DNA from: Coleofasciculus chthonoplastes F2-STO-03
GTDB lineage: Bacteria; Cyanobacteriota; Cyanobacteriia; Cyanobacteriales; Coleofasciculaceae
Assembly (NCBI GenBank): GCA_040222015.1
Contig: JAVJWO010000216.1
Span: forward strand, 62,656 to 126,655
Length of the DNA stretch: 64,000 nucleotides
Reading direction: 5' to 3'
Shown here: positions 49,880 through 59,953 of the stretch, in pieces
Layout of the letters: every line of letters begins with the position of its first letter
How positions within the stretch are numbered: position 1 is the stretch's first letter
Notes under the pieces: model-generated
Seen by the model: the letters and a program-made list of their open reading frames with translations, nothing else
Databases searched by the model: none
What the model was told of the DNA's origin: nothing
Made by a program: the position numbers and the translations under genes

Positions 49880-49907
49880 CGGTAAGAGTAATCGCGATCG
49901 TTTGCAT
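49880..49907 (-). pseudogene. Displaced 5' end (MQTIAITLT) of the histidine kinase gene
   Basis: In frame with DDDWVKLQ after removal of the element. Confidence 0.8.
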
Positions 49908-50270
49908 CTCAGGTTAGTGATTGAGATGTTACCAGTTTAACTTTGAGGATGGGGAGATGGGGGAGATGGGGAAGAATTAGAACAGTTGTAGGGGCGGGTT
50001 TTACTATTATCGTTGGAAATGGTGCGTTACGCTTCGCTCTCCTCACCCTACACCCGCCCCGACACACCCTAATCTAACGAATGACAAATGACCAATGACA
50101 AAGGACAAATAACAGACTTTTCCTGATGTCACTCACCCCAAAACTGACAAAACCTGATACGAGCCTCAGCTAACCCTCCGACTTTTTCCCATTGAAGTCA
50201 TCTAAAGGGCGTTCGATACTGTCAGCAAGCTATTAAACCACCTTGTTTCCAGTATAACTACACCCCACCC

Positions 50271-50924
50271 ATGAACGAACTCAACGTCCGCCTAAAACAA
50301 CTGGCTCTCACCGCCCAGCAATCTCCGGCGAAAAGCCACAACAGACGACTGGCTCTAGCTCAATTGATCAAAGAAATTTTACAATCGGGTAGGCTTTGCC
50401 GTCCGCATAAAGGTAAATTTAGAGGCTTCTATGACGATATCTATGCCGAAGCCCAGCAAAAACTATTCTGTTACATCTGCGAAAACATTGATAGATATAA
50501 TCCGCAGTATGATGTTTTACCCTGGGTCAATTTTCTATTCGCGAAACGGTTTTTTATCGAAGCCAGTCGTGAAGTGATGCCCAAGGGGTTTCAGCGGGCA
50601 TACCAGCGTCAAGTGACCCGATTAACGCTGGAACAACTGGAACAAAAAACGTCACTGCAATTCACTCATTCATTAACGCCTTCAATTTTACAAGAAGTTA
50701 TTGATGTTTTGCAAGAAGATCCAGAAGGGATTTTCCAAAGTACCCATATTGTGAATCAGCCTGTCGCTAATTTTAAGTTTTTAGCCCTCAAGGTGATGGC
50801 TGGCTACTCTTGGAAAGAAATTTCCAACGAGCTGGGAATTAAAATATCAACGCTAAATAGTTTTTATCAGCGTTGTTTGGTTCGCTTTCGCCCTAAGTTT
50901 AGAGAATATGTAATTGTCAGTTAA
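50271..50924 (+). CDS. Divergent sigma-70-family (ECF-like) factor
   Basis: YICENIDRYNP..V..WVNF; C-terminal HTH SWKEISNELGIKISTLNSFYQRC. Confidence 0.7.
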   Translation: MNELNVRLKQLALTAQQSPAKSHNRRLALAQLIKEILQSGRLCRPHKGKFRGFYDDIYAEAQQKLFCYICENIDRYNPQYDVLPWVNFLFAKRFFIEASREVMPKGFQRAYQRQVTRLTLEQLEQKTSLQFTHSLTPSILQEVIDVLQEDPEGIFQSTHIVNQPVANFKFLALKVMAGYSWKEISNELGIKISTLNSFYQRCLVRFRPKFREYVIVS

Positions 50925-51468
50925 GACTAACAGTATTAGTTCTTCAATAGGGGCAAAAACCTGTAGAATCGGTGTAGGGGCGACCCGCCTGCACCAATTA
51001 ACAACACCAGTCCACTCAATTTGATCGGGTCGCCCTGTCTCGTTCAAATCGTTTCTATTATTTAATTCGACTTCCGGAAAAGTCTAACAAGTCACCCTTT
51101 AGGAGTCTCTCTCTGAGCCAATGCTACACCCTTGGCATTGTAGGGGTAGACGAAAACATCCGGATTTCAGAGATCCCCCTGCACCCTAACCCATCAAATC
51201 TTATAGGGCATCGGTCGAGCCACTGGATAAGCAATAATACTTAAATCGCGTTAAAATAGAGGTAAAGTCCGTGGGACTCTCCAGGTAGAGCAACAAGAGA
51301 CAACCTTAATCAAAAATGCTCCACGATAGACGTCCCTACAGGTCAATGACCCTAATCTCCCAGAGTTCGGGGCTTGGAAGAATCAGCTTCCAACGTAAGC
51401 ATTGTCTGAGGACTGATTGACTTCCCTGTCACATCATAAAGGCAGATCAACGTCCAGGAGAAACTGAC

Positions 51469-52086
51469 ATGATGATGAAGGCTCAAGACATCATGACCAC
51501 TGATGTGGTCACCATTCGCGGTTCAGCTACTGTAGCTGATGCTGTGGATTTGATGAACGATATGGGTCTACGGGCTTTAATTGTAGATCGCCGCCATGAC
51601 CAAGATGCTTATGGCATCGTCACGGAAACGGATATTGTTTATAAAGTGATTGCCTATGGCAAAGATCCCAAAAAAGTGCGGGTTTATGAAATTATGAATA
51701 AGCCCTGCATTGTGGTCAATCCTGACCTCGGTGTAGAGTACGTGGCGCGATTGTTTGCTAATACAGGTATTCGCCGCGCTCCGGTGATCAAGGACAAACT
51801 CCTGGGTATTATCTCTATTACCGATATTCTGGCTAAAGGAGACTTTCTCGATAAACCCAAGAGCGTACTTCTTGAAGATGAAATCCGCAAAGCTGTAGAA
51901 GAAGCACGGGCTGTCTGCGCCCAAAAAGGACCAACGTCTAAAGAATGTGCCGCCGCCTGGGATATTGTGGAAGAACTGCAAGCGGAAGCGGCACACCAAC
52001 GGGCAGAGAAACCCTCCCAAACAGCGTTTGAGGAATATTGCGAAGAGTATCCGGAAGCCCTGGAATCTCGAATGTATGACAGTTAA
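51469..52086 (+). CDS. CBS-CP12 fusion protein
   Basis: CBS pair followed by CAAAWDIVEEL and FEEYCEEYPEA...YD. Confidence 0.92.
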   Translation: MMMKAQDIMTTDVVTIRGSATVADAVDLMNDMGLRALIVDRRHDQDAYGIVTETDIVYKVIAYGKDPKKVRVYEIMNKPCIVVNPDLGVEYVARLFANTGIRRAPVIKDKLLGIISITDILAKGDFLDKPKSVLLEDEIRKAVEEARAVCAQKGPTSKECAAAWDIVEELQAEAAHQRAEKPSQTAFEEYCEEYPEALESRMYDS

Positions 52087-52148
52087 TCTGACTTGAGACT
52101 GTACCGGGCTAGCCGGAAAACAAAACACAATCTGCTCGTGATCTTCTT

Positions 52149-52185
52149 CACCACCCTAATTCTTAATGGGGTGGTGAGTTTTTTG
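52149..52185 (+). terminator. Rho-independent terminator
   Basis: TCACCACCC...GGGTGGTGA hairpin followed by GTTTTTT after the CBS-CP12 gene. Confidence 0.7.
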
Positions 52186-52271
52186 AGCATTTGTTCTAGC
52201 GGGTACATTTTTGGGGGATAATTTTGCTGTTGGATAATTGAACCACTGTTTTCGCCATGGGGTCAGGATAA

Positions 52272-53102
52272 TTGAGCAGAATGAAAAAAAGAGTTATATC
52301 ATCTTTGGTTGTCGCTGTTATCACGACAAGTTTTATTCCTAGTCCCGGTAGGACAGAAAATATAAGTAACGACTTAACGCCCGATACTCGTCAAATTAGT
52401 CAGTTATTTTATCCGCCACCCAGCGAAGAACCGACGTTTCGGGTGATTGGCAAAGGTCAAGCCAGCCAACCTGCTGATCGAGCCAGTCTCCTGTTTAAAT
52501 TTGCCAGAAACTATCCGTCGCCGCCAGAGGGAGTCTTGTCTCAATTTGAATCCTCAGAAGAGAACGTAACCCTAGAGATGTTGCAACCGATTCTGGATGC
52601 ACTCCAAGCCATTGGCGTTTCTGATCAAGCGATTGACTTAGACATTATTCAACCCAGTGGCAGCTTTTTGCCTTTTCCTTTTCCCTCCACCGCTACAGAA
52701 GGAGGAGCGCAGCTGGTTGTCACCGTGGACAATCCTAACCGCGATCGCTTGGAGGAAATTGTCAATACTGCAACAGATGCAGCTAGCCCGATTGAAGCGA
52801 TTCTACTGAGTACAGTTAACGTAGAATATGCGGTGAATAACTGTCAAGCCCTAGTCCAAGCCGCTTATCAATCAGCCGTTCAAGATGCTCAAAACCGAGC
52901 CAACAGTCTGGCGGCGGCGATGGGAACTCAACTAAGGCTAGTCCCCTCAGTCGCTGAACCCTTCTATGCGGTTTTCTTACCCGGATGTGACTCAGAGGGA
53001 AATTTACCCTTCGGCAATACTACCTCATCGGTGTACGATCCTGATGCTCCTGTAGAAGTTACCGTAAACAAGGATATCTTTGTCACCTATACTGGACGCT
53101 AA
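52272..53102 (+). CDS. SIMPL (DUF541) domain protein
   Basis: V.GKG....PAD.A; AYQSAVQDAQNRA..LA.A.G. Confidence 0.8.
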   Translation: MSRMKKRVISSLVVAVITTSFIPSPGRTENISNDLTPDTRQISQLFYPPPSEEPTFRVIGKGQASQPADRASLLFKFARNYPSPPEGVLSQFESSEENVTLEMLQPILDALQAIGVSDQAIDLDIIQPSGSFLPFPFPSTATEGGAQLVVTVDNPNRDRLEEIVNTATDAASPIEAILLSTVNVEYAVNNCQALVQAAYQSAVQDAQNRANSLAAAMGTQLRLVPSVAEPFYAVFLPGCDSEGNLPFGNTTSSVYDPDAPVEVTVNKDIFVTYTGR

Positions 53103-53271
53103 GTCGGGAAATCTGTGGAGGTAGGGAGCAGAGGGAGCTGGGAAGCTGGGGAAGTTGGGAAATTTGAGCATAAATCAGTCAATTGTAGGGGCGGGTTTAG
53201 GGACTAAATTCAGATATCCACCAATAATTCATCAACAAAACCCGCCCTCTTATAAGGTTCTAAGAATACCC

Positions 53272-54657
53272 TTATCTTCCTAGCAAACGAGACAACAGCA
53301 AATACATCAACCGAAATAAAGCCGTTATCGCGATCGCACTCGCTGCAGCAATCCCTCCAGTAATGACTAATTCTAGGATAGACCAGCCGAGCATCAGTAA
53401 AGGGATGAGCAATACAGCCAAACTTATTCCGCTGATTGTTAGCAATTTATTGGTCTTCAAGCGATGATAATATTGTCCATAAACTAAACCGCCAATAGCC
53501 ATACCTAACAATCCCACAGTTATCCCTGAAAAACCCAGAAACTGTTTTAAAAGCATAAACAGTAATCCGCATTCAAAGCCAATAAATGCCGCTTCAGCAA
53601 AAATTTCTGATAGTGAACGGGGTTGAATCGCTGAACTCTTAGAAATCGGGGGACTTGGTGAAATTGGGGAATGGGGTGGTGGTGAAGTTTGAGTTGGAGG
53701 TGATACAGATGGTGAGTTCAGAGCATCTATCACCTCTTGAGCCGATTGAAACCGTTCACTCGGCGTTTCTAAGAGCATTTGGTCTAATACATTAGTGAGA
53801 GTATCACTAACTTGGGTATACTGTCTCCAGTGCCAAATATTGCTATGGAAATCGCGCAGATCTTGCGGTTCTTTACCCGTCAATAAGACAATTAAGGTTA
53901 CCGCTAAAGCATACAAGTCAGAAGACTGGAAAACTTTTTGTCCTTGCATCTGTTCACGAGGAGCATATCCAGGGGTATAAATACCTGTAGAAGATGTCTT
54001 CTTGGCGGCTGTGGCGACTTGCTTAACTGCTCCAAAATCCAACAGATATAAACGTCCATTCCGATGACGCATAATATTGGAAGGTTTAATATCCCGATGG
54101 ATCGAATTATGCTTATGGACAAACTTGAGAACTTCTAGCATTTCCCTGAAAACTTCCATGACTTCAGTTTCAGATAATGTTCCTTTTGTTTTTAGTTCTT
54201 CGGCTAAGTCTTGCCCATCAATAAATTCCTGTACTAAGTAAAAAAACTTATCTTGGGTATCCGGTTGGATTAAATTGGTAACACTTAAGGGGAAAAAAGC
54301 ATAGAGATTAGGAACTTGAAGATGATTATTACCCAGTGTTTCTAAAACTTCTGCCTCCTGCTCAAACAACTCTTGCGCTTTAGCGAGTTCAACAGGACTT
54401 AATTGATCAGAAGGCTGGAATTGCTTAACGACGCAATAGCGCATCAAAGGGGTGTGGCGATCGCGTGCCAAAAATGTTGTACTAAACCCTCCCTGATTCA
54501 GTAATTGGGTGGGAATATAACGCCCGCCTAAAATGAGTTGCATTCCACAGGCTGTACAATATCTTTGTTCTACTGTTGTTAATGTGTCTTTGTGATCCAA
54601 CTCCGGGAAAATGTTTTGGGGACGAGGGCAATGGGGGCGAGTGCAGTGGATTTCCAT
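53272..54657 (-). CDS. Ser/Thr protein kinase with 4-Cys N-terminus and C-terminal TM helices (paralog 2)
   Basis: CTRP.C..C..CG, VVKQ, HRDIKPSN, DFG. Confidence 0.93.
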   Translation of the reverse strand: MEIHCTRPHCPRPQNIFPELDHKDTLTTVEQRYCTACGMQLILGGRYIPTQLLNQGGFSTTFLARDRHTPLMRYCVVKQFQPSDQLSPVELAKAQELFEQEAEVLETLGNNHLQVPNLYAFFPLSVTNLIQPDTQDKFFYLVQEFIDGQDLAEELKTKGTLSETEVMEVFREMLEVLKFVHKHNSIHRDIKPSNIMRHRNGRLYLLDFGAVKQVATAAKKTSSTGIYTPGYAPREQMQGQKVFQSSDLYALAVTLIVLLTGKEPQDLRDFHSNIWHWRQYTQVSDTLTNVLDQMLLETPSERFQSAQEVIDALNSPSVSPPTQTSPPPHSPISPSPPISKSSAIQPRSLSEIFAEAAFIGFECGLLFMLLKQFLGFSGITVGLLGMAIGGLVYGQYYHRLKTNKLLTISGISLAVLLIPLLMLGWSILELVITGGIAAASAIAITALFRLMYLLLSRLLGR

Positions 54658-54838
54658 TGTTCATATCCAAAGAAGGCATAGGGCAGAAGCGATAAGTTAT
54701 AGAATGAAGTATTTCCTAGTTTGAGTTACAGTTTTTCGTCAATTTTAGATCTATTTTATGACTAAACTGGTAGTCTATAGTACCAAGACAGTCATCAAAT
54801 CGTTTGAGGTGCGATCGCGCCTTGTATCACTCTTATCT

Positions 54839-56284
54839 TCATAGCAAACGAGACAGTAGTAAATAAATCAAGCGAAATAGAGCAGTAATGGCGATCGCAC
54901 CTGTGCCAACCAACACTCCAGCCAAGATGACGTTGGGAATTGGCGATCCACCCCGTAATGCTGGTATTAACAGTAATACCAACGTTATTCCAGCCAAAAT
55001 TAGCAAATCTGTGCCTTCAATAATCCGGCGGTATTGTGTATAAATTAAACCCCCGACAATCATTCCCACTAATCCCACACTAATCTGTTGGATTCCCAGA
55101 ATACTGTCCAGAGCAATAAACAGTAACGCCCCTTCAAAGCCAGTAAACCCTGCCCCGATTAAGGTTTCCAATAGGGTAAAATGGGGCGTTTGTCGCTGAA
55201 TTGCTGGTTGTGGTTGAATTGCTGGTTGTGGCTGAACTGGGGGTTGTGGTTGAACTGGGGGGTGTTGAACGGCTGGTTTGGGCTTGGAAGTAGGGGGAGG
55301 TGGAGGCGGCGGTGCAGGGGGAGTTCGACGCGGTTTCAGAGCGTCCATCACCTCTTGAGCCGATTGAAAGCGTTTATTTGGGGTGGGCAGAAGCATACGG
55401 TTTAAGACGTCTGCTAGGGTATCACTAACCTGGGTATAGGGTTTCCAGTTCCAAGCGTTATTGTAGGAATCATATAACTCTTGTGGCTCTTTCCCCGTCA
55501 GCAACATAATCAACGTTACCGCCAACGCATACAAATCTGTTGAAGGATAAACTTGCGCCCCTGACATCTGTTCGGGTGGCGCAAATCCCATGGAATAAAT
55601 TCCCGTGGATTTGCCAGAGGGGGTTCCTGCTGCGCCTTTGGTGACTTGTTTAACCGCACCAAAATCCAACAGGTACAAGCGTCCATTTTGGTGACGCATG
55701 ATATTAGAGGGTTTAATATCCCGATGGATTGAACCATTATCATGGACAAACTGGAGTACCTTCAGCATTGCCTGTAACACTTCTAGGACTTCAGATTCAG
55801 AGAATGTCCCTTTGGTTTGCAGTTCCTCCTCCAAGTCTTGTCCATCAATAAATTCCTGGACGAGGTAGAAAAACTGGTCTTCTTTTCCCGATTGGTTCAA
55901 ATTACCAACACTCAACGGGAAAAAAGCATAGAGATTGGGAATTTGGGGATGATCATTACCGAGTTGTTCTAATACCTCCGCTTCCCGTTCAAATAAACCT
56001 TGGGCAATGGCGATTTGTTGGGGGCTTAAATCACCAGACGGCTGGAACTGCTTCACGACACAATCACGCATCGTTGGCGTATAGCGATCGCGTGCCAGAA
56101 ATGCGGTACCAAAGCCGCCTTGACCCAGTAACTTGGTAGGAAGATAGCGACCCACTAAAATCAGGGGCATCCCACAAGCCGTACAATACTTCTGTTGTGC
56201 CGTTTGCAGTGTCGCCTTGTCATCGAGATCGGCAAAAAAGTTTTGGGGACGAGGACAGGTGGGACGAGTGCAGTAAATTTCCAT
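54839..56284 (-). CDS. Ser/Thr protein kinase with 4-Cys N-terminus and C-terminal TM helices (paralog 1)
   Basis: GQGGFG, VVKQ, HRDIKPSN, DFG, APPE. Confidence 0.94.
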   Translation of the reverse strand: MEIYCTRPTCPRPQNFFADLDDKATLQTAQQKYCTACGMPLILVGRYLPTKLLGQGGFGTAFLARDRYTPTMRDCVVKQFQPSGDLSPQQIAIAQGLFEREAEVLEQLGNDHPQIPNLYAFFPLSVGNLNQSGKEDQFFYLVQEFIDGQDLEEELQTKGTFSESEVLEVLQAMLKVLQFVHDNGSIHRDIKPSNIMRHQNGRLYLLDFGAVKQVTKGAAGTPSGKSTGIYSMGFAPPEQMSGAQVYPSTDLYALAVTLIMLLTGKEPQELYDSYNNAWNWKPYTQVSDTLADVLNRMLLPTPNKRFQSAQEVMDALKPRRTPPAPPPPPPPTSKPKPAVQHPPVQPQPPVQPQPAIQPQPAIQRQTPHFTLLETLIGAGFTGFEGALLFIALDSILGIQQISVGLVGMIVGGLIYTQYRRIIEGTDLLILAGITLVLLLIPALRGGSPIPNVILAGVLVGTGAIAITALFRLIYLLLSRLL

Positions 56285-56560
56285 GTTTCCAAAAGCATTG
56301 GCACTACTAATTGTATCGCCCTCTTCGTTGGGGTTTTCCCTGGAAGGGCGGGTTTAGTGGAAATGGTACGATGATATCCGTTCTTGAGTAACATTCTATT
56401 TAACGTAGTCGCGAAAGTCCTCACCCTCAGCACCCCCCGATCTCAAATAAGTAGTCGGGCATAACTCTAGTTAATTGTATTAAGTTTTATTAAAATATCC
56501 GATCATTGCGCTGTCAGTGGAGACTTATTTTTACAAGATTTCATAAAATGACGTTTACTG

Positions 56561-56788
56561 TTGTCTAACTACTTATCATTTACTATGTCAAAAATGGATC
56601 ACAAAAATGATAATACTCTTTTAGACCAATGGCGTCAGAAAATCGAAATCGCCAATCATAACAATATTTTTTGTCATTGTCGTTATTGCGATGATGAATG
56701 GGTAGACTCATCGTTAAATAGTGCCTGTAATCACTGCGGTAGCCACGATATTGAACGGATTCCCTGTTGGCAGTTTCCAGATGGCTAA
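56561..56788 (+). CDS. Small zinc-ribbon-like cyanobacterial protein
   Basis: HCRYC..EWV..CNHCGS..ERI.CWQFPD. Confidence 0.7.
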   Translation: MSNYLSFTMSKMDHKNDNTLLDQWRQKIEIANHNNIFCHCRYCDDEWVDSSLNSACNHCGSHDIERIPCWQFPDG

Positions 56789-57036
56789 ATTAAGGAGGTG
56801 GGAATAATTTAGATTGTCATTTGTCATACTCGTGCGAGCAAGAAGGAAGCTACGTTATTTGCTATTTATCGAAGAATTATTGCACTCTATCCGGGCGGGT
56901 TTAGTGATATCAGGGTGACAACCCAATGTTAATGGTAAAACCCGCCCCTACAACTTCCCCAGCTCCCAGACGTAGCATGCTACGTCTCTACATTGCTTTC
57001 CCAGCTCCCCCAGCTCCCCCTGCTCCCCCTGCCTTC

Positions 57037-58443
57037 TTAAGGCGATCGCAGAGTCCGAATCGTTAAAACCTGGGGTGGTGTTGCATCCGCCGGATAGATA
57101 AAGTCAACTTCGACAAAACGGCGATCGCCTGGAGGCATTTTTAGGGTTAACAATGGTTCTCCAGCTTGACCCCGGTGTTGCACCAGATGAACTGAACGGG
57201 TGCGGGCTAATCCCCGGTCATCGGTATAACGTAGTTGTACAGTACCCCGAAAGAAGACCTGGGAATCGGGAGGATTCAAAAAGTGCAGTCTGTCAGTTTC
57301 TTCTTCTTCGTCGGGTTTCAGCGGGGTTTGAATCGCCAAGGTTACGGTTTGTGAAGCATCTGTCCGGTTAACTAAAGGCAAAGTAAGGTGATACTGCACT
57401 CCATAATTGCCATGGGCGCGATGAGCAGTATCCGGATAACGGACTTTTAGAGGCGCACTCTGTACCTGATCAGTACCTAAGGTGATAAACGGTACTGTAC
57501 TTAAGGGATAGGAAAACGCTTGACCCGGTTGAGGAATACTCAGATTCGATGCACCCGGACGATCAACGACCTCAGTACGCCATTGAGAACCGACCGCCAC
57601 ACCTGCGACCCGACCATAGACAATCTTACCGTCCGTTTGGTTGGGTGGTGTCGGGATGCGATCGCGTGGTCCGGCTAAATTGCCTTTAAAGAGTAAGTAA
57701 CGCCATTCGTCGAGAGTAGGTGGACGATAGGGAAGTGCAGACGCCTCCGAAGATTCTCGATTCACTTTGCGATCGGAATTCAGGGGTGCATACATGGCTA
57801 AACTTGCCAGATAAACAGGTCGATTGGTTCGCAGACGCATCAACGTAGACCGGGAATTGCCTAACGCGATCGGTAAATTGAATACCATTTCGCTCTGTCG
57901 CGGCGGAATAACAACTTGAGCAGGAAACGAGGATTGATGCACACCACGCAGGATATCGGTGGCTACCCGTGAACCGGGACCCGAATAGACTAAGCCAAAG
58001 GGATTATCCATATAAGGCGGTAAATCGATAAACGGAGCATCCGGATTGGTTACATAACTTACCGCTTGCAAAATATCTAAGGTTACAGGTTGACTCCCCG
58101 CATTGTGAACCAGAACCCCTTGGTACATGGGTCGCCATTCCTCTGGCGTATTGGAGCGGGCGATATGATGAGCAAAGATATCAAAGCGTCCAGAAAGCGG
58201 AAAATTTAAATGAGCGCCAGGACTCGCTTTTCCGTAAGGGGGGAAGGTTGACAGTAAAATCCCCTCGGTTTGGATCACTTCGGGACTATTGCTATTAAAG
58301 ACAGGTATCTGATCCAGTTGTCCGGGTAACGGTCGTATTTGCTGGGGTTGCACCACCAATTCCTGGGCGGGAGGAGGAGTTGGGGTTGTCGGGGGGATAG
58401 GGATAACTTGAGCCAGCGAGAAATTGGCGAATAAAAGCAGCAT
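57037..58443 (-). CDS. DUF3370-like secreted protein
   Basis: VFNSNSPE..EGILLSTFP, AHGNYGV.Y, YPADATPPQVLT. Confidence 0.82.
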   Translation of the reverse strand: MLLLFANFSLAQVIPIPPTTPTPPPAQELVVQPQQIRPLPGQLDQIPVFNSNSPEVIQTEGILLSTFPPYGKASPGAHLNFPLSGRFDIFAHHIARSNTPEEWRPMYQGVLVHNAGSQPVTLDILQAVSYVTNPDAPFIDLPPYMDNPFGLVYSGPGSRVATDILRGVHQSSFPAQVVIPPRQSEMVFNLPIALGNSRSTLMRLRTNRPVYLASLAMYAPLNSDRKVNRESSEASALPYRPPTLDEWRYLLFKGNLAGPRDRIPTPPNQTDGKIVYGRVAGVAVGSQWRTEVVDRPGASNLSIPQPGQAFSYPLSTVPFITLGTDQVQSAPLKVRYPDTAHRAHGNYGVQYHLTLPLVNRTDASQTVTLAIQTPLKPDEEEETDRLHFLNPPDSQVFFRGTVQLRYTDDRGLARTRSVHLVQHRGQAGEPLLTLKMPPGDRRFVEVDFIYPADATPPQVLTIRTLRSP

Positions 58444-58715
58444 GAACGCAGGGGTTTTCCAACCTCACACACAACAACAGTTCTCAGTTTCAGCGTTTCA
58501 CTCCCGTCATCAGCAATAAACTGGCAACAAGGGCAGAGTGATTAAGTATAGACCGATACTAAGAACTGTAGATTTATCATCCTACCGCTTGTTATTGGTT
58601 ATTGGTTATTGGTCATTTGTTAGGGAACAGGGAACAGGGAACAGGGAATTCAACCTGCATAAGCTGACACTACCGAGATATACTTCCCAGCGACGGCATA
58701 ATTTGGATATGAACG

Positions 58716-59808
58716 ATGACTTCCAGCTTCTACCCTAAACTGAATCGCCTGGTTCTCAGCGGAACCACAACCATAATCCTAGCCACCACCTCCCTAACCA
58801 GTTTTATCCTCACCGCCTCACGTCCCGCACAAGCTAACCCGGAAGTTGACCTTTACACCTTATGCACGAAATTCCCCTTAAATTCGCGCTGTGAAGGCTA
58901 CGAACCCCCCGTCTCGCTCAAACAGCGTTCGGGTCATCTAATCTTTGGCGTGGAGACCCTCGGTTTTACCGATGGGAGGAAACGCCGCGATTTGTTGACA
59001 AGTAGCTCCCAAAAAGCGAAGATAAAAGTGGTCAATGACCCACCCGAGACGAAGGAGACATAAAGCCTAACACCAAAGTTTGCTGATTACAGCAACGGCG
59101 AGGAAAATTCGGTAGACCGGGAAAAGAGGACAGGGCAATGGTACAAATAAGTCCACCCCTAGAATCAAAGCTAAAGAAATTCTGGGCTGAATTTCGACAC
59201 GTATGTATAACCGCAGGGCTTGCGGGGCTAGTCTGTGGAGCGAACATAAGACCTAAGAATCTTCGGGTTTAAGGGCGGTTGCAATGAAGCAGAAACCTAA
59301 ATCGTGAGGTTTAGGAATCCCGCGCTTTTAGCGCTGGGAGGATGTCAACACCGCTTATATTGAACAAGGCGATCGCCTCGCGGTTTTGGATGATGAAAGA
59401 CCAACCCAGGAAATTACTGTTGCGGCAAGTAATGTTGATACCCTAACCTATCAAGAAGGCAAAAAAGCTAACGTGGGTCGGCTTATTGGTAATACCTTGC
59501 TGTTTGGCGTTCTGGGTGCCGTTTTCACCAAACCGGATAAGATTGCCCAAATAGAGGTAGGTTTCACCGGAGAATCTGATCCCGCAACGACACAGGTTTT
59601 GACCTTGGTAACCGAACGGGAATTGGGACTGACGTTAAGAAGCAATTTGGAACGATTAACGGGAATTTTCGCGGAAATTCCTGCTGAAGAGGAACCGGAA
59701 CCTCAAGAAACAACAGTCGATAATTCCGATACTTATTCAACAGATCTAGATGAATTCTGTGAGTCTTATCCACACAATTCTCGTTGTCAGAATTCCACAG
59801 ATGAATAG
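58716..59808 (+). pseudogene. Secreted hypothetical gene split by a non-autonomous IS605-type element
   Basis: Joining 58942 to 59349 restores the frame (..RSGHLITAYIEQGDRL..); C..FP.NSRC motif at both ends of the joined protein. Confidence 0.75.
58943..59348 (+). mobile_element. Non-autonomous IS605/IS1341-type element with TnpB reRNA-like right end
   Basis: Left hairpin GGCGT...ACGCC; right end GTCTGTGGAG...ATGAAGCAGAAA...GGAATCCCGCGCTTTTAGCGCTGGGAGGATGTCAA. Confidence 0.82.
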
Positions 59809-59953
59809 AGAAGCGAGCGACTCAACAACCTCTTTTTTATCGTAAGTAAGGGCGGGTTTTGTTGTTCCGTTATCAGTAATAAGCAGATTGAGTGGCTAAA
59901 CCCGCCCCTACAAATATGTGGTTTCAGTTATCATTCTTTTTACCGTATCTCAA

